Below are positions 49,052-61,790 of a DNA stretch of 64,000 nucleotides, piece by piece. The notes under the pieces are model-generated. The model was not told where the DNA came from, searched no databases, and worked only from the letters and a program-made list of their open reading frames with translations. Position numbers and translations under genes: made by a program. Origin of the DNA: Squalus acanthias (lineage: Eukaryota); NCBI GenBank assembly GCA_030390025.1, contig CM059431.1, positions 132,806,001-132,870,000 on the forward strand, written 5' to 3'. Position 1 is the first letter of the stretch, and each line of letters opens with the position of its first letter.

Positions 49052-52000
49052 GATAGGAAACATAGGAACTGGAGTAGGCCATTCAGCCCCTCAAGCCCGT
49101 TCCACCATTCAATTAGATCATGGCTGATCTGTATCTTAACTCCATTTACCTGCTTTGGTTCCGTAACCCTTAATACCCTTGCCTAACAAAAATCTATCAA
49201 ACTCAGTTTTGACATTTTCAATTGACCTAGCCTCAACAGGTTTTTGGTGGATAGAGTTCCAGATTTCCATTACCCTTTGTGTGAAGAAGTGCTTCCTGAC
49301 ATCACCCTTGAAAGGCCTAGCTCTAATTTTAAGGTTATGCTCCCTTTGTTTTTTGTACCTGTCCACTAGCTTTTAGTGGATTCTGTATTTGGACCTCTAA
49401 ATCTCTCTGCTCATCCATGTTTCTCACCATTTAGAAAATACTCTGATCTATCTTTGTTAAGTCCAAAGTCCTACCTCACACTTTCCCACATTGAACTCTC
49501 TCTGCCACAGCTTTGCCCACTCACTTAATCTATCAATGTCCCTTTGCAACTTTCTGCTTCCATCTACACTACTTACTGTGCCACCTAACTTAGTGTCGTT
49601 AGCAAACTTAGATATATGGCTGTTAATTCCTTCATCCAAGTCATTTATAATTATAGTGAAAAGCAGCGGCTCCATTACAGATACCTGGGGGACACCACGA
49701 GTCACATCGGCCGCGATTTTGCCAGTGCTCAGAGGGCGGGTTCGGAGGCGGGTCAGCTGTTAAATTCAAACTGATTGACAGCGGGTTGCAAACCCGCCAC
49801 GATCCCACCTCCGTGTGAGTTTCCAAAGTGTCGGGTCTGCGATTTCAGAACTGGCAGTTTAAGTGCTTAGGGAGGTGCCCCCACTTGCATGTCCCCTCCC
49901 ACCATCATCCCTCTCATGGGCCACCCGCACTTCTCTGCTAGCAAGTAGCTGGAGAGCACCTTGCTGCACATCAGTGGGGCCATGAGGACCCGCGTCTGTG
50001 CTGACATTCCTCATAACAAGGACGCCCATGAACCTCTGGTTTCTGTCCTCGATAGATGCCCATCGATCCTCCATAGGTGACCATCTATTTAGAAGTGTTA
50101 CCATGTTGTTTTGAGTCTGGCGATTTATCTCCTCCATGGAGGTTGCCATCTTTTCCATGGCAGTACCTATATTTGCCATTGTGTGCGCCATGGCATTGCT
50201 CAAATTTGTGATGGACTCCTCCATTCTATGCACACTCGCAATCACCATGGTTACAAACCCAGTCAGAGCCTTCTGCACTTGTTCCTGAACCTCCTGCACC
50301 ACTCTCTTTCTGGATGGCCCCAGAGGCTCAGCGTCTACATGCAGCTGAGCAGAGCTAGAAGCGTCCTGCAGCCTCCAACGAGGACTCTCCACTGCTGTCC
50401 CTGCCTCCACCATCTGCTCTTGCTCACTCGTGAGTTGTGATACACCAGGTATCTCGCATACGACTCGCCGAGGTGTGTGTCTCTGCGCTGGTGCTGGGTG
50501 CACTCATCTCTGCTGACGCTGCTCCCTCAGAGGATGCAGCATCCTCTGAGGAGTCCTCCTGCTCTTCCTCCTGGACAGTAGGGAGGGGGGCTCTTGATGG
50601 TCCTGTGGGAGAGTAAAGATATGAGTTAGACATGTGATATGTAGATTGCAAACACATCCCATTGTGCACATGATGAGCATTCAATTTCTATTGACTTCAG
50701 ATCCCATATGAGTCACTCATGAATGCCAAATAAGATGGATGGAGAATTATTCTGTCACCAGTTTGTTCTACTGAGCCCCTCTCTCCGTCCCCCACTTTGA
50801 GCTCTTCAACTGTTCCCGCAATGTTGAGAGCGGCCTCCTCAGCTTGTGTGAGCTGTGAGAATGTTGGTGGTCCTCCTCCTGTTCTCTCCCTCTCCATCTT
50901 ACTGTGGCCTCTCTTTTCCTGCAATGAGGGAAAGAAGTGAGGTTTCAGTGAGAGTGATGTAATGAGTGTAAAGAATGGATAGGAGAGATGTTTAGAGGGA
51001 GACTATGATGGAGTGGGTTCCCATGACCAAGTTTCCTCCTTTTGAGTTGTTGTCATTGCATAACATTGAGAGTTAGTGTGAGGGGTGCATAGTAAGATGG
51101 GGATGTGATTCTGTACATAGGGAGAGAGGGATGGGTGACAGTGCAAGGGATGTTGGGGTGATTTAGGATGTGCAGGAGTAGGGTTGGCAATGCAGTGTGA
51201 TCGGGATGTGATGACAGGCACAGCAGAATTAAGGTAAGTGTGCTTTATACTCACTTTTCCAGAACGCAGGAGATCATTGAACCTCTTCCTACACTGGACC
51301 CAGGTGCGACTGAACACACACCTTGCAGTTATCTCCTCAGCTATTTGCAGTCAGGCTGCCTTTGTCTGCTGAGGAGGTTTCCTTCTTCCATTCCCTGGGA
51401 ATAGTACCTCCCGACGTCCTCTGACTCCTCCACAAGAACATGGAGGGAGTCATCGTTGAAGCGGGGAGCAGCCTTTGGTCTCTCTGCAGACATCGTGGAG
51501 AGCAGCAGCACTCAGGAGCATCAGAAACCAAGTGAGAGCTAATGGGGACACGGCCCCCTTAAATACACCGGCTGCAAACGCATCATCAGAGCAGCTCAGC
51601 AAACCTGCACCTTGTGATGAGGTCGGGTAACGCGCATGGCGGGCTTAACAAGCCCAATCAACTGAAAATTGTTTTAGCAGACTGGCTGGAGCCAGGAGCG
51701 GGAGCAGAACCCGCCGACTACCAGTCCCATAGCCAACCTGCCTCCACTCAGAAAATCCAGCCCATCATGTCAGTTTGAGTACATACCCATTATCCCTACT
51801 CTCTGTCTCCTACCTCCTAACCAATTCCTTATCCAAGCCAATAGGTTGCATCCAATTCCATGCACTCTCATATTGTTAACAGTCTCTTATGTGGAACCTT
51901 GCTGAATGCCTTCTGGAAGTCCATATAAATAACATCCATTAACACTCCCTTAACTACCAGGTTAATTACCTCCTCAAAAAATTCAACCTAGGTTCATTAG

Positions 52001-52240
52001 ACATGACTTACCCTTTGCAAATCCATGCTGGCTCTCTCTGATCAGATCATATTTGTCCAAATGCTCAGTCATTCTGTCCCTAATAACAAATTCTGGTAAC
52101 TTCCCCACAATTGATGTTAGACTAATAGGCCTATAATTTCCTAGTTTATCTGTTCTACCCTTCTTAAATTATGGAATGGCATTGGCAGTTCTCCAATCCA
52201 AGGGGACAATTCCTGACTCGAAACAGTTTTGGAAGATCAG
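49052..52240 (-). mobile_element. Decayed CR1, interrupted by Harbinger E
   Basis: RT fragments 49457-49705 and 49136-49366. Continues at 51764-52240. Confidence 0.8.
49709..51763 (-). mobile_element. Non-autonomous Harbinger E carrying only a Myb-like pseudogene
   Basis: ATC TSD and imperfect TIR GGCCGCGATTTT / AAAATCCAGCCC. Motif SRTWVQCRKRFNDL; exon 2 at 50918-50759 (RERTGGG); exon 3 ORF 49859-50503. Confidence 0.8.
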
Positions 52241-53107
52241 TGGAGGCTATGACCATCATTTTCCAATTCTCAACAGGTGTGGTGCCAGAGGACTGTAGGA
52301 CTGCTAATGTTGTACCGTTGTTTAAAAAGGGAGAAAGGGATAGACTGAATAATTACAAGCCAGTCAGCCTAACCTCAGTGGTGGGCAAATTATTGGAAAA
52401 AATTCTGAGGGATAGTATTAATCTTCATTTAGAAAGGCACAGATTAATCAAGGACAGTCAGCATGGATTTGTTAAGGGAAGGCTGTGTCTGACGGACTTG
52501 ATTGAATTTTTTGAGGAGGTAACAAGGAGAGTCAATGAGGGTAATACGTTTGATGTAGTCTACATGGATTTTAGCAAGGCTTTTGGCAAGGTCCCACATG
52601 ACAGACTGGTCAGAAAGGTAAAGCCTATGGGATCCAAGGGAAAGTGGCAAGTTGGATAATGGTCGACAGGTGTTTTTGTGACTGGAAGGCTGTTTCCAGT
52701 GGGGCTCCGCAGGGCTCAGTACTGGGTCCCTTGCTTTCTGTGGTATATATCAATGATTTAGACTTCAACGTGGGGGTCATGATTAAGAAGTTTGCAGATG
52801 ATACAAAAATTGACCGTGTGGTTGATAGTGAGGAAGAAAGCTGTAGACTGCAGGATATATCAATGGACTGGTCAGGTGGGCAGAAAAGTAGCAAATGGAA
52901 TTCAATCCGGAGAAGTGTGAGATAATACATTTAAGGAGGGCTAACAAGGCAAGGGAGTACACAATAAATGGTAGGATACTGAGAAGTGTAGAGGAACAGA
53001 GGGACCTTGGAGTGCATGTCCACAGATCCCTGAAGGTAGCAGGACAGGTAGATAAGGTGGTTAATAAAGCATACGGGATACTTTCCTTTATTAGCCGAGG
53101 CATAGAA

Positions 53108-53714
53108 ACCCAGTCGGATTCCCTTCAGCAGTCAAGGACATTCAGCCTCGGATCTGCGGGTAAGCGTTCTCCAAGGCAACCTTAGAAACACACGACAACG
53201 CAAAATCATCGAGCAGAAACTGATAGCCAAGTTCCGCACTCATGAAGACGGTCTCAATCGGGATCTTGGGTTTATGTCACGATACATGACGTGATCCGGA
53301 CTCGAGTCGTCGTTAGCTTGTTCACAGATGTGATTCCCAGTAAAAAAGTAAAAATTTTCCCAGTAAAAAAGTAAAAATTTTAAAGCTTTTCGTTTTACAT
53401 ACAGACGGCAGCTTTTGACACGTTAGAACCCCTGCGACTACACCTCATTGTCTCAGTTGTATCTTGCTATGTCTTTGATGTGGTACCTTCCTGGCTGACT
53501 TAATTAACTTTATCACACCTCGGCAGATAGTCAGGATGATTTAATTTAGTGGTCTGCAATTGTAAGGTACACATGCTTTGTTTTCTATCTATATATGCTT
53601 TGGCGATTCTGTATCTAATTTACTTCACCTGAGGAAGGAGCAATCGATAGCTCCGAAAGCTTGTGATTTCAAATAAAACTGTTGGACTATAACCTGGTGT
53701 TGTGCGACCTCTCA
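53108..53714 (+). mobile_element. Penelope-like 3' fragment (second family)
   Basis: ATAGAA TSD, GIY-YIG C-terminus (RKIIEQKLIAKFRTHEDGLNRD) and a hammerhead motif. Confidence 0.8.
53625..53666 (+). ncRNA. Minimal type I hammerhead ribozyme motif
   Basis: TCAC-CTGAGGA-A-GGAGC(loop)GCTCC-GAAA-GC-TT-GTGA. Confidence 0.7.
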
Positions 53715-54056
53715 ATAGAATATAAGAACAGGGAGTTTATACTAGAACTGTATAAAACACTAGTTAGGCCACAGCTAGAGTACTGCGTACAGTTCTGGTC
53801 ACCACATTACAGGAAAGATGTGATTGCACTAGAGAGGGTACAGAGGAGATTTACGAGGATGTTGCCGGGGCTGGGGAATTTTAGCTATGAGGAAAGATTG
53901 TATAGGCTGGGGTTGTTTTCTTTGGAACAGAGGAGTCTGAGGGGAGACTTAATTGAGGTGTATAAAATTATGAGGAGCCAAGATAGCGTGGATAGGAAGG
54001 ACCTATTTCCCTTAGCAGAGAGGTCAATAACCAGGGAGCATAGATTTAAAGTAATT

Positions 54057-55702
54057 TTTTTTTATTCCTTCATGAGATGTGGGCATCACTGACAAGGCCA
54101 GCATTTATTGCCCATCCCTAGTTGCCCTAGACAAGTTGGTGGTGAGCCGCCTTCTTCAACCGCTGCAGTCCGTGTGGTGAAGATACTCCCACAGTGTTGT
54201 TAGGGAGGGAGTTCCAGGATTTTGGCCCAGCGACGATGAAGGAATGGTGATATGCTTCCAAATCAGGATGGTGTGTGACTTGGAGGGGAACTTGGAGGTG
54301 GTGGTGTTCCCATGTGCCTGCTGCCCTTGTCCTTCTAGGTAGTAGTGGTTGCGGATTTGGGAGGTGCTGCAGTCGAAGCTTTGGCAAGTAGCTGCAGTGC
54401 ATCTTGTAGATGGTACACACTGCAGCCACGGTACGCCAGTGGTGGAGGGAGTGAATGTTTAAGGTGGTGGATGGGGTGCCAATTAAGCGGACTGCTTTGT
54501 CTTGGATGGTGTCGAGCTTCTTGTGTGTTGTTGGAGCTGCACTCATCCTGCAAGTGAAGAGTATTCCACCACACTCCTGACTTGCGCCTTGTAGATGGTG
54601 GAAAGTGCTTTGGGAAGTCAGGAGGTGAGACACTCGCCGCAGAATAACCAGCCTCTGACCTACTCTTGTTGCCACAGTATTTATGTGGCTGGTCCAGTTA
54701 AGTTTCTGGTCAATGGTGACCCCCAGGATATTGATGGTAGGGGATTCGGCGATGGTAATGTTGTTGAATGTCAAGGAGCGATGGTTAGACTCTCGCTTGT
54801 TGGAGATAGTTATTGCCTGGCACTTGTGTGGCGCAAATGTTACCTGCCACTTATCAGCCCAAGCCTGAATGTCATCCAGGTCTTGCTGCATGCGGGCATG
54901 GACTGCTTCATTATCTAAGGAGTTGTGAATGGTACTGAACACTGTGCAATCATCAGCGAACATCGGCACTTCTGACCTTATGATGGAGGGAAGGTCATTG
55001 ATGAAGCAGCTGAAGATGGTTGGGCCTAGGACACTGCCCTGAGGAACCCCCTCAGCGATGTGATGATTGACCTTCAACCACCACAACCATCTTCCTTTGT
55101 GCTAGGTATGACTCCAGCCAGTGGAGAGTTTTCCCCCCCGATTCCCATTGACTTCAGTTTTACTAGGGCTCCTTGATGCCACACTCGGCCAACTGCTGCC
55201 TTGATGTCAAGGGAAGTCACTCTCACCTCACCTCTGGAATTCAGCTCTTTTGTCCATGTTTGGACCAAGGCTGTAATGAGGTCTGGAGCTGAGTGGTCCT
55301 GGCGGAACCCAAATTGAGCATCTGTGAGCAGGTTATTGGTGAGTAAGTGCTGCTTGATAGCACTGTCGACGACCCTTTCCATCACTGTGCTGATGATTGA
55401 GAGTAGACTGTTGAGGCGGTAATTGGCTGGATTGGATTTGTCCTGCTTTTTGTGGACAGGACATACCTGGGCAGTTTTCCACATTGTCGGATAGATGCCA
55501 GCATTATAGCTGTACTGGAACAGCTTGGCTAGAGGCGCAGCTAATTCTGGAGCACAAGTCTTCAGCATGACAGCCGGGATGTTGTCAGGTCCCACAGCCT
55601 TTGCTGTATCCAATGCGCTCAGCCGTTTCTTGATATCACATGGAGTGAATCGAATTGGCTGAAGACTGGCTTCTGTGGTGGTGGGTCCTCAGGAGGAGGC
55701 CA
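54057..55702 (-). mobile_element. 5'-truncated LINE-X with poly(A)
   Basis: RT ORFs 55074-55613 and 54127-55086, flanked by AATT. Confidence 0.9.
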
Positions 55703-55979
55703 AATTGGTAGAAGGATTAGAGGGGAGTTGAGGCGAAATCTTTTTACCCAGAGGGTGGTGGGAGTCTGGAACTCACTGCCTGAAAGGGTGGTAGAGGCAG
55801 AAACCCTCATCACATTTAAAAGGTACTTGGATATGCACTTGAAGTGCTGTAACCTACAAGGCTACGGACCAAGAGCTGGAAAGTGGGATTCGGCTGGATA
55901 GCACGTTTTCAGCCGGCACAGACACAATGGGCTGAATGGCCTCCTTCTGTGCTGTAAATTTCTGTGTTTCTGTGATGAC

Positions 55980-56385
55980 AAGCTCATCAAGAATTTCATC
56001 ACCTACTTCTTTTAATACCCTGGGGTGGAAACCATCGGGTCCTGGAGATCTTTAATCTCATTAGTTTCTCCATCACCATTATTTTAACTTATATTGAATC
56101 TAGTTAGTTCCTCCCCTTGATTTATTTTTACCTTTCCTTGTATCTCTGATATTTTATCCTCGGCCTTTCCTGTGAAGACCGATACAAGGTAGCTATTCAG
56201 TAAGTCTGCCATTTCCTGATTTACAATTACAATATCACCTACATCTGTCATTAAGGGACCCACATAACTCTTAGCCTCTCTCTTTCTCTTAATGTATTTA
56301 TAAAAACCTTTAGTGTTGTCCTTAATATCCCTTGCCAGCTTTTTCTCGTATTCCCTTTTTGTAGCTCTTACCACTTTCTTTGTAT
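55980..56385 (-). mobile_element. CR1 ORF2 linker fragment
   Basis: KREYEKKLARDIKDNTKGFYKYIKRKR. Confidence 0.75.
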
Positions 56386-57330
56386 AATTTTGTAAGATGA
56401 CAAAATGCAGAACCAGAAACAAGAATAAGAACAAGCTGCTGTCTAAAAGCTGAATTAAAGGTAATTAAAACTTCTGTTGGTTGCTTTGGTGGTCACAGAA
56501 AGACTGATTGACTGAAACAGGCTTGAAACTGGAAAGAAGAAAAGGTTTCTACAGCTTTTAAATACAAACAGGTGCACAATCAGCAAGGAAATGAATGTTT
56601 CTGAGATGGTTATGTGCAGTATTTAACTCCACAACTAAACTGCATAGTCTGTAAAGATGAGAGATTTAAAGCTAAATTATTTTTTAAAAGAACAAATAAA
56701 TCTCCTAGCTTTGCATACACTTCATTCCTTGTGCTGTGCTGATACAGTATTTATTTTCACATCCAGTTTGTGATGTAGTTACAAGAATCAGTATACCGTT
56801 TGGATTAAATTCATTCTGTCAGCTATTTCTAGTTTAGATAGGTACAGTACTTGAACAAGCCATTCTGTGATAAGACCATCATCCATCATGCTTTGCAACC
56901 TTCAGAACTAGCAGATTAGTTATTAAGGAAACAATTGAATAAGAAGTGTACATTATTGCTCTGCACTCTATCATTTGCTTTCCTGGTGAGATGTGCTTCA
57001 TATATTCATTCCAATCTACATTATTCTCTATTAGAATAAAACAGTACACTAAATAGAATATGCAAGAGAAGAACATGGTAACATGTGTGAATTATTTCAC
57101 TCCTCATGTAATCTGCATTGACAATATAGTTGGTGACTAATTATTAGTGTATGTATTTCTATGTCTATAATACTTCCATATGCATTGCATTTCATTGTAG
57201 GTTATTTCCAAAAGATTAATCATACATGAAAAATTACTGAATAAACAGTGTCTAGGACATTGTGATGGGAGGATTACAGAAAAACAGCTAATGCTTTTAA
57301 CATTCAATAATAACATTTATTTCATATTAA

Positions 57331-57572
57331 CAAAAGCAAAATACTGCAGATGCTGGAAATCTGAAATAAAAGCAGAAACTGTTGGAAACACTCAGCTGGT
57401 CAGGCAGCATCTATGGAGAGAGATAGTGAGTTAATGTTTCAGATCGATGACCTTTCATCAGAACTTACATCAATAGTTCTGATGAAAGGTCATCGACCTG
57501 AAACGTTAACTCTCTTTCTCTCTCTACAGGTGCTGCCTGACCAGCTGAGTGTTTCCAACATTTTCTGCTTTA
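57331..57572. mobile_element. Inverted pair of Penelope termini
   Basis: 57331-57465 (-) and 57475-57572 (+) match 36784-36910 and are separated by a 9-bp spacer. Confidence 0.85.
57475..57511 (+). ncRNA. Minimal type I hammerhead ribozyme motif
   Basis: AGTT-CTGATGA-A-AGGTC-ATC-GACCT-GAAA-CG-TT-AACT. Confidence 0.7.
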
Positions 57573-58199
57573 ATTATTTATTTTATATTTTTTGTTTAAA
57601 TAAAAACTCAAGCCGCCTGCATGACAGAATGCAGTGTCTGCAATCCCACTTGTAGCAAATTCCACACTCTATATATCAATCAGAAAAAAAATGCTTGGCG
57701 GGTGAAGCTCTTATACACCTATAAGAGTAATAGAGTAATGTTCATGGAGGTCAAGGACCAAGTCACCTATTTATCTTCTTGTCCAGGGAATAGTAAGTGA
57801 CACAAAGGATGATTTTTTGTTTTCTTTTTAAACTCAACCCTGTCACTTGTGCTAATCCTTAAGGCCAATGTTTTCTATAGTGGTAATAAATAATAATGAG
57901 CAGTGATTAACTTCAAGATCATCTTTTATCAGTAGTGTACAAGTTATCTGTGATGACATTGGACACTTTATATTATTGTCAGTTTAGAGAACCTGAGAAG
58001 TACACATAAATATACAACGTGCTTGACATTTCGTCATAGATATAATTAACAAAAAACACAGATGGAAACAATGCACACCATACAGGAATACAGAATATAG
58101 ATGACTGAAAGGTCTGACAGGCAATTTAACACAGCGGCATTTGGTCATTATAATTTTTAGTTAATCAGTGAAATGACAATAACCATGAGAAATCACAAT

Positions 58200-59405
58200 G
58201 ACAGGATTTCATCCAATGGGATGAAGTCCCATAGTCCAAGTGGACAGGGGAATGTCTATGGATATTATTTATATGGAATTCCAGAAGGCATTTGATAAAG
58301 TCCCTCATAAGACACTATTAGCTAAAGTTGAAGCTCATGGAATTGAAGGCAAATTATTGACCTGGTTAGGAAATTAGCTGAGCGGCAGGAGACAGAGAGT
58401 GGGGATAATGGGCAGATACTCAAATTGGCAGGATGTGACTAGTGGTGTCCCACAGGGATCTGTGTTGGGGCCTCAACTATTCACCGTATTAATTAACGAC
58501 TTAGATGATGGGCTAGAAAGCCACTTATCCAAGTTTGCCGATGACACAAAGATAGCGGCATTGTAAGCAGTGCAGATGGAGCATAAAATTACAAAGAGAT
58601 ATTAATAGAATAAGCAAATGGGCAAAACTGTTGCAAATGGATTTCAATGGAGTTAAAAAGCATAGAACAGGGTACTTTCTAAATGGTGAAAAGCTAGAAA
58701 CAGTGGAGGTCCAAAGAGATTTAGGGGGTCCATGTACATAGATCATTAAAATATCATGAACAGGTACAGAAAATAATCAAAAAGGCTACTGGAATGCTGG
58801 CCTTTATATCTAGAGGACTAGAATACAAGGGGGCAGAAGTTTTGCAACAGCAATATAAAGCTCTGGTTAGACTACACCTGGAGTACTGTGAGCAGTTCTG
58901 GGCACCACACCTTAGGAAGGATATATTGGCCTTGGAGGGACTAAAATGATACTTGGACTCCTGGGGCTAAATTATGAGGAGAGATGACTAGGGTTGTATT
59001 CCCTAGAAGTTAGAAGATTAAGGGGTGAGTTGATCGAAGTTTTCAAGATATTAAGGGGAACAGATAGGGTAGATAGAGAGAAACTATTTCTGCTGGTTGG
59101 AGATTCTAGTACGAGGGGGCATAGCCTAAAAATTAGAGCCAGGCCTTTCAGGAGTGAAATTAGGAAACACTTCTACACACAAAGGGTGGTAGAAGTTTGG
59201 AACTCTCTTCCACAAACGGCAATTGATGCTAGATCAATTGTTAATTTTAAATCTGAGATTGATAGATTTTTGTTAACCAAAGGTATTAAGGGATATGGGG
59301 CAAAGGCAGGTATATGGAGTTAGATCGCAGATCAGCCATGATCTCATTGAATGGTGGAACAGACTCATGGGGCTAAATGGCCTACTCCTGTTCCTATGTT
59401 CTTAT
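58200..59405 (+). mobile_element. Decayed CR1 3' part
   Basis: [14 protein letters not shown] and HFYTQRVVEVWNSLP motifs, followed by the tail. Confidence 0.85.
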
Positions 59406-59448
59406 GGGATGCTGCTTTGCTCATAAACATTTTGCATTGAACTCACTT

Positions 59449-59548
59449 GGGGTAACTTTGACTTTGGGTGATATTGGGAGAGATGTATAAAGGGTAGCTG
59501 AATCAATATCGCCCGTTTTACACTATCACCCAAAGTCAAACTTACCCC
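59449..59548. mobile_element. 100-bp hairpin MITE (Harbinger-type ends)
   Basis: 25-bp TIR GGGGTAACTTTGACTTTGGGTGATA / TATCACCCAAAGTCAAACTTACCCC (1 mismatch). Confidence 0.75.
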
Positions 59549-59837
59549 CACTGTGACAAAGATGAAATAAGAAATGTTCTGCTAAAATAATGTATATTTT
59601 TAACATTTGTTAATAAGGTTATAATATGCTTTCTTTTATTTTCTGTAATATCTAAGAAAAATAATTGTCTCTACGCTGGGATATTTTCATTTGGTATTTA
59701 ATTAATAAAATGGGATAGAGTACAAACAGTACTTTAAAACCGTAAATTATAAAAGTCATTATAAATTAACCAGTCATTTTTTGCAGATGCAAAGAAACAA
59801 AGAAAGAACTTGCACTTAGAAAATTATAATATGATTG

Positions 59838-60035
59838 TGATGCGGAGATGCGTTGGACTGGGGTGGACAAAAGTGAGAAGTCGCACAACACCAGGTTATA
59901 GTCCAACAGTTTTATTTGAAATCACAAGCTTTCGGAGCGGCTGCTCCTTCGTCAGGTGAAGTGAAGAAATACCTCCGAAAGCTTGTGATTTCAAATAAAA
60001 CTGTTGGACTATAACCTGGTGTTGTGCGACTTCTC
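59838..60035. mobile_element. Inverted pair of Penelope termini (second family)
   Basis: Perfect 12-bp TSD ATAATATGATTG (59826-59837 / 60036-60047). The arms are reverse-complementary. Confidence 0.85.
59922..59959 (-). ncRNA. Minimal type I hammerhead ribozyme motif
   Basis: TCAC-CTGACGA-A-GGAGC-AGCC-GCTCC-GAAA-GC-TT-GTGA. Confidence 0.7.
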
Positions 60036-61334
60036 ATAATATGATTGAGCAGAGTCAACACGGATTTATGAAAGGGAAATTGAGTTTGACAAATTTAATA
60101 GAGTTTTTTGAGGTTGTAACTAGCAGGTTAGATCAGGGGGAACCAGTGGATGTAGTCTATTTGGATTTTCAGAAGACATTCAATAAGGTGCCACACAAGA
60201 GGTTAGTACACAAAATTAGGGCTCATGGGATTGGGGGTAATATATTAGCATGGATTGAAGATTGGTAAATGGACAGAAAACAGAGAGTAGGAATAAATGG
60301 AACATTTTCGGGTTGGCAGGCTGTAACTAGTGGGGTGCCGCAAGGATCAGTGCTTGGGCCTCAGCTATTTACAATCTATATCAATGACTTAGATGAGGGG
60401 ACCGAGTGTAATGTGTCCAAGTTTGCTGACAATACAAAGTTAGGTGGGAAAGTAAGCTGTGAGGAGGATGCAAAGAGGCTGCAAAGAGATATAGACAGGT
60501 TAAATGAATGGGCAAGAACATAGCAGATGGAATATAATGTGAAGAAATGTGAAGTTATATACTTTGGTAGGAAAAATAGAAAAGCAGAATATTTTTTATA
60601 TGGTAAGAGATTGGGAAATGTTGGTGTTCAGAGGGACCTGAGTGTCCTTGTACATGAATCACTGAAACTTAACATGCAGATACAGCAAGCAATTAGGAAA
60701 GCAAATGGTATGTTAGCCTTTATTACAAAAGGATTGAAGTACAAGAGTAAAGAAGTCCTGCTGCAATTATACAGGGCCTTGGTGAGACCACACCTGGAGT
60801 ATTGTGTACAGTTTGGTCTCCTTATGTAAGGAAGAATATACTTGCAACAAGATTCACTAGACTGATACTTGGGATGGGGGGATTGTCCTATGAGGAGAGA
60901 TTGAGTAGACTAGGCCTATATTCCCTAGAGTTTAGAAGAATGAGAGGTGATCTCATTGAAACATACAAAATTCTTAAGGGGCTTGACAGGTGCTGGGAGT
61001 ATGTTTCCCCCTGGTGGGGATTCTAGAACTAGGGTCACAGTCTCAGAATAAGGGGTCAGCCATTTAGGACTGAGATGTGGAGAAATGTCTTCATTTAAAG
61101 GGTTGTGAAACTTTGGAATTCTCTACCCCCGAGGGCTGTGGATGCTCATTCGTTGAGTATATTCAAGACAGAGATCGATAGATTTTTGGATACTAAGGGA
61201 ACCAAGGGATATGGGAATAGTGCGGGAAGGTGGCGTTGAGGTAAAAGATCAGCCATGATCTTATTGAATGGCAGAGCAGGCTCAAAGGGCAGAATGGCCT
61301 ACTCCTGCTCCTATTTCTTATGTTCTTATGTTCT
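60036..61334 (+). mobile_element. 5'-truncated CR1
   Basis: RT ORF fragments 60041-61026 and a (TTCTTATG)n tail. Confidence 0.9.
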
Positions 61335-61790
61335 TGTTTATATAGTGCCTTTCACAACCTCAGCATGTCCCAGAGAGCTCCACAGCCAAGTAAGTACCTT
61401 TTGAAGTGTAGTCACTATTGTAATGTAGGCAAAGGTGGCAACCAATTTGTGCACATCAAGGCCCCACAAACAGCAATGAGATAAATGACTAGATAATCTT
61501 GTTTTTTTAATGATTTTGGTTTAAGGATGAACATTAGCCAGGACACTGGGAGAACTCCCCTGCTCATCTTTGAATAATTCCATGGGATATTTTACATCAA
61601 CCTGGTAGACCAGATGGGGCCTCAGTTTAATGTCTCATCCGAAAAATGGCATTTCCAACAATGCGGCACTCCCTCAATAATGCACTGAAGTGTCAGCTTA
61701 CATTATGTGCTCAGGTCTCTGGAGTGGGACTTGAACCCATGACCTTCTGACTCGGAGGCAAGAATATTGCCACTGACTCAAGGCTGACAT
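61335..61790 (-). mobile_element. DeuSINE (SacSINE1-like)
   Basis: Colinear with 20578-21028. B box GGGTTCAAGTCCC on the minus strand. Confidence 0.75.

Larger units (their letters stand above)
52255..55975 (+). mobile_element. CR1 RT/3' part, interrupted by Penelope (53108-53714) and LINE-X (54057-55702)
   Basis: ORFs 52171-52659, 52644-52925 and 53682-54092. The tail is near 55960. Confidence 0.85.

Noticed and set aside
56879..57076. Possible host exon (ENNVDWNEYMKH...)
   Set aside because: No recognisable homology, no clear donor site, and AT-rich composition.
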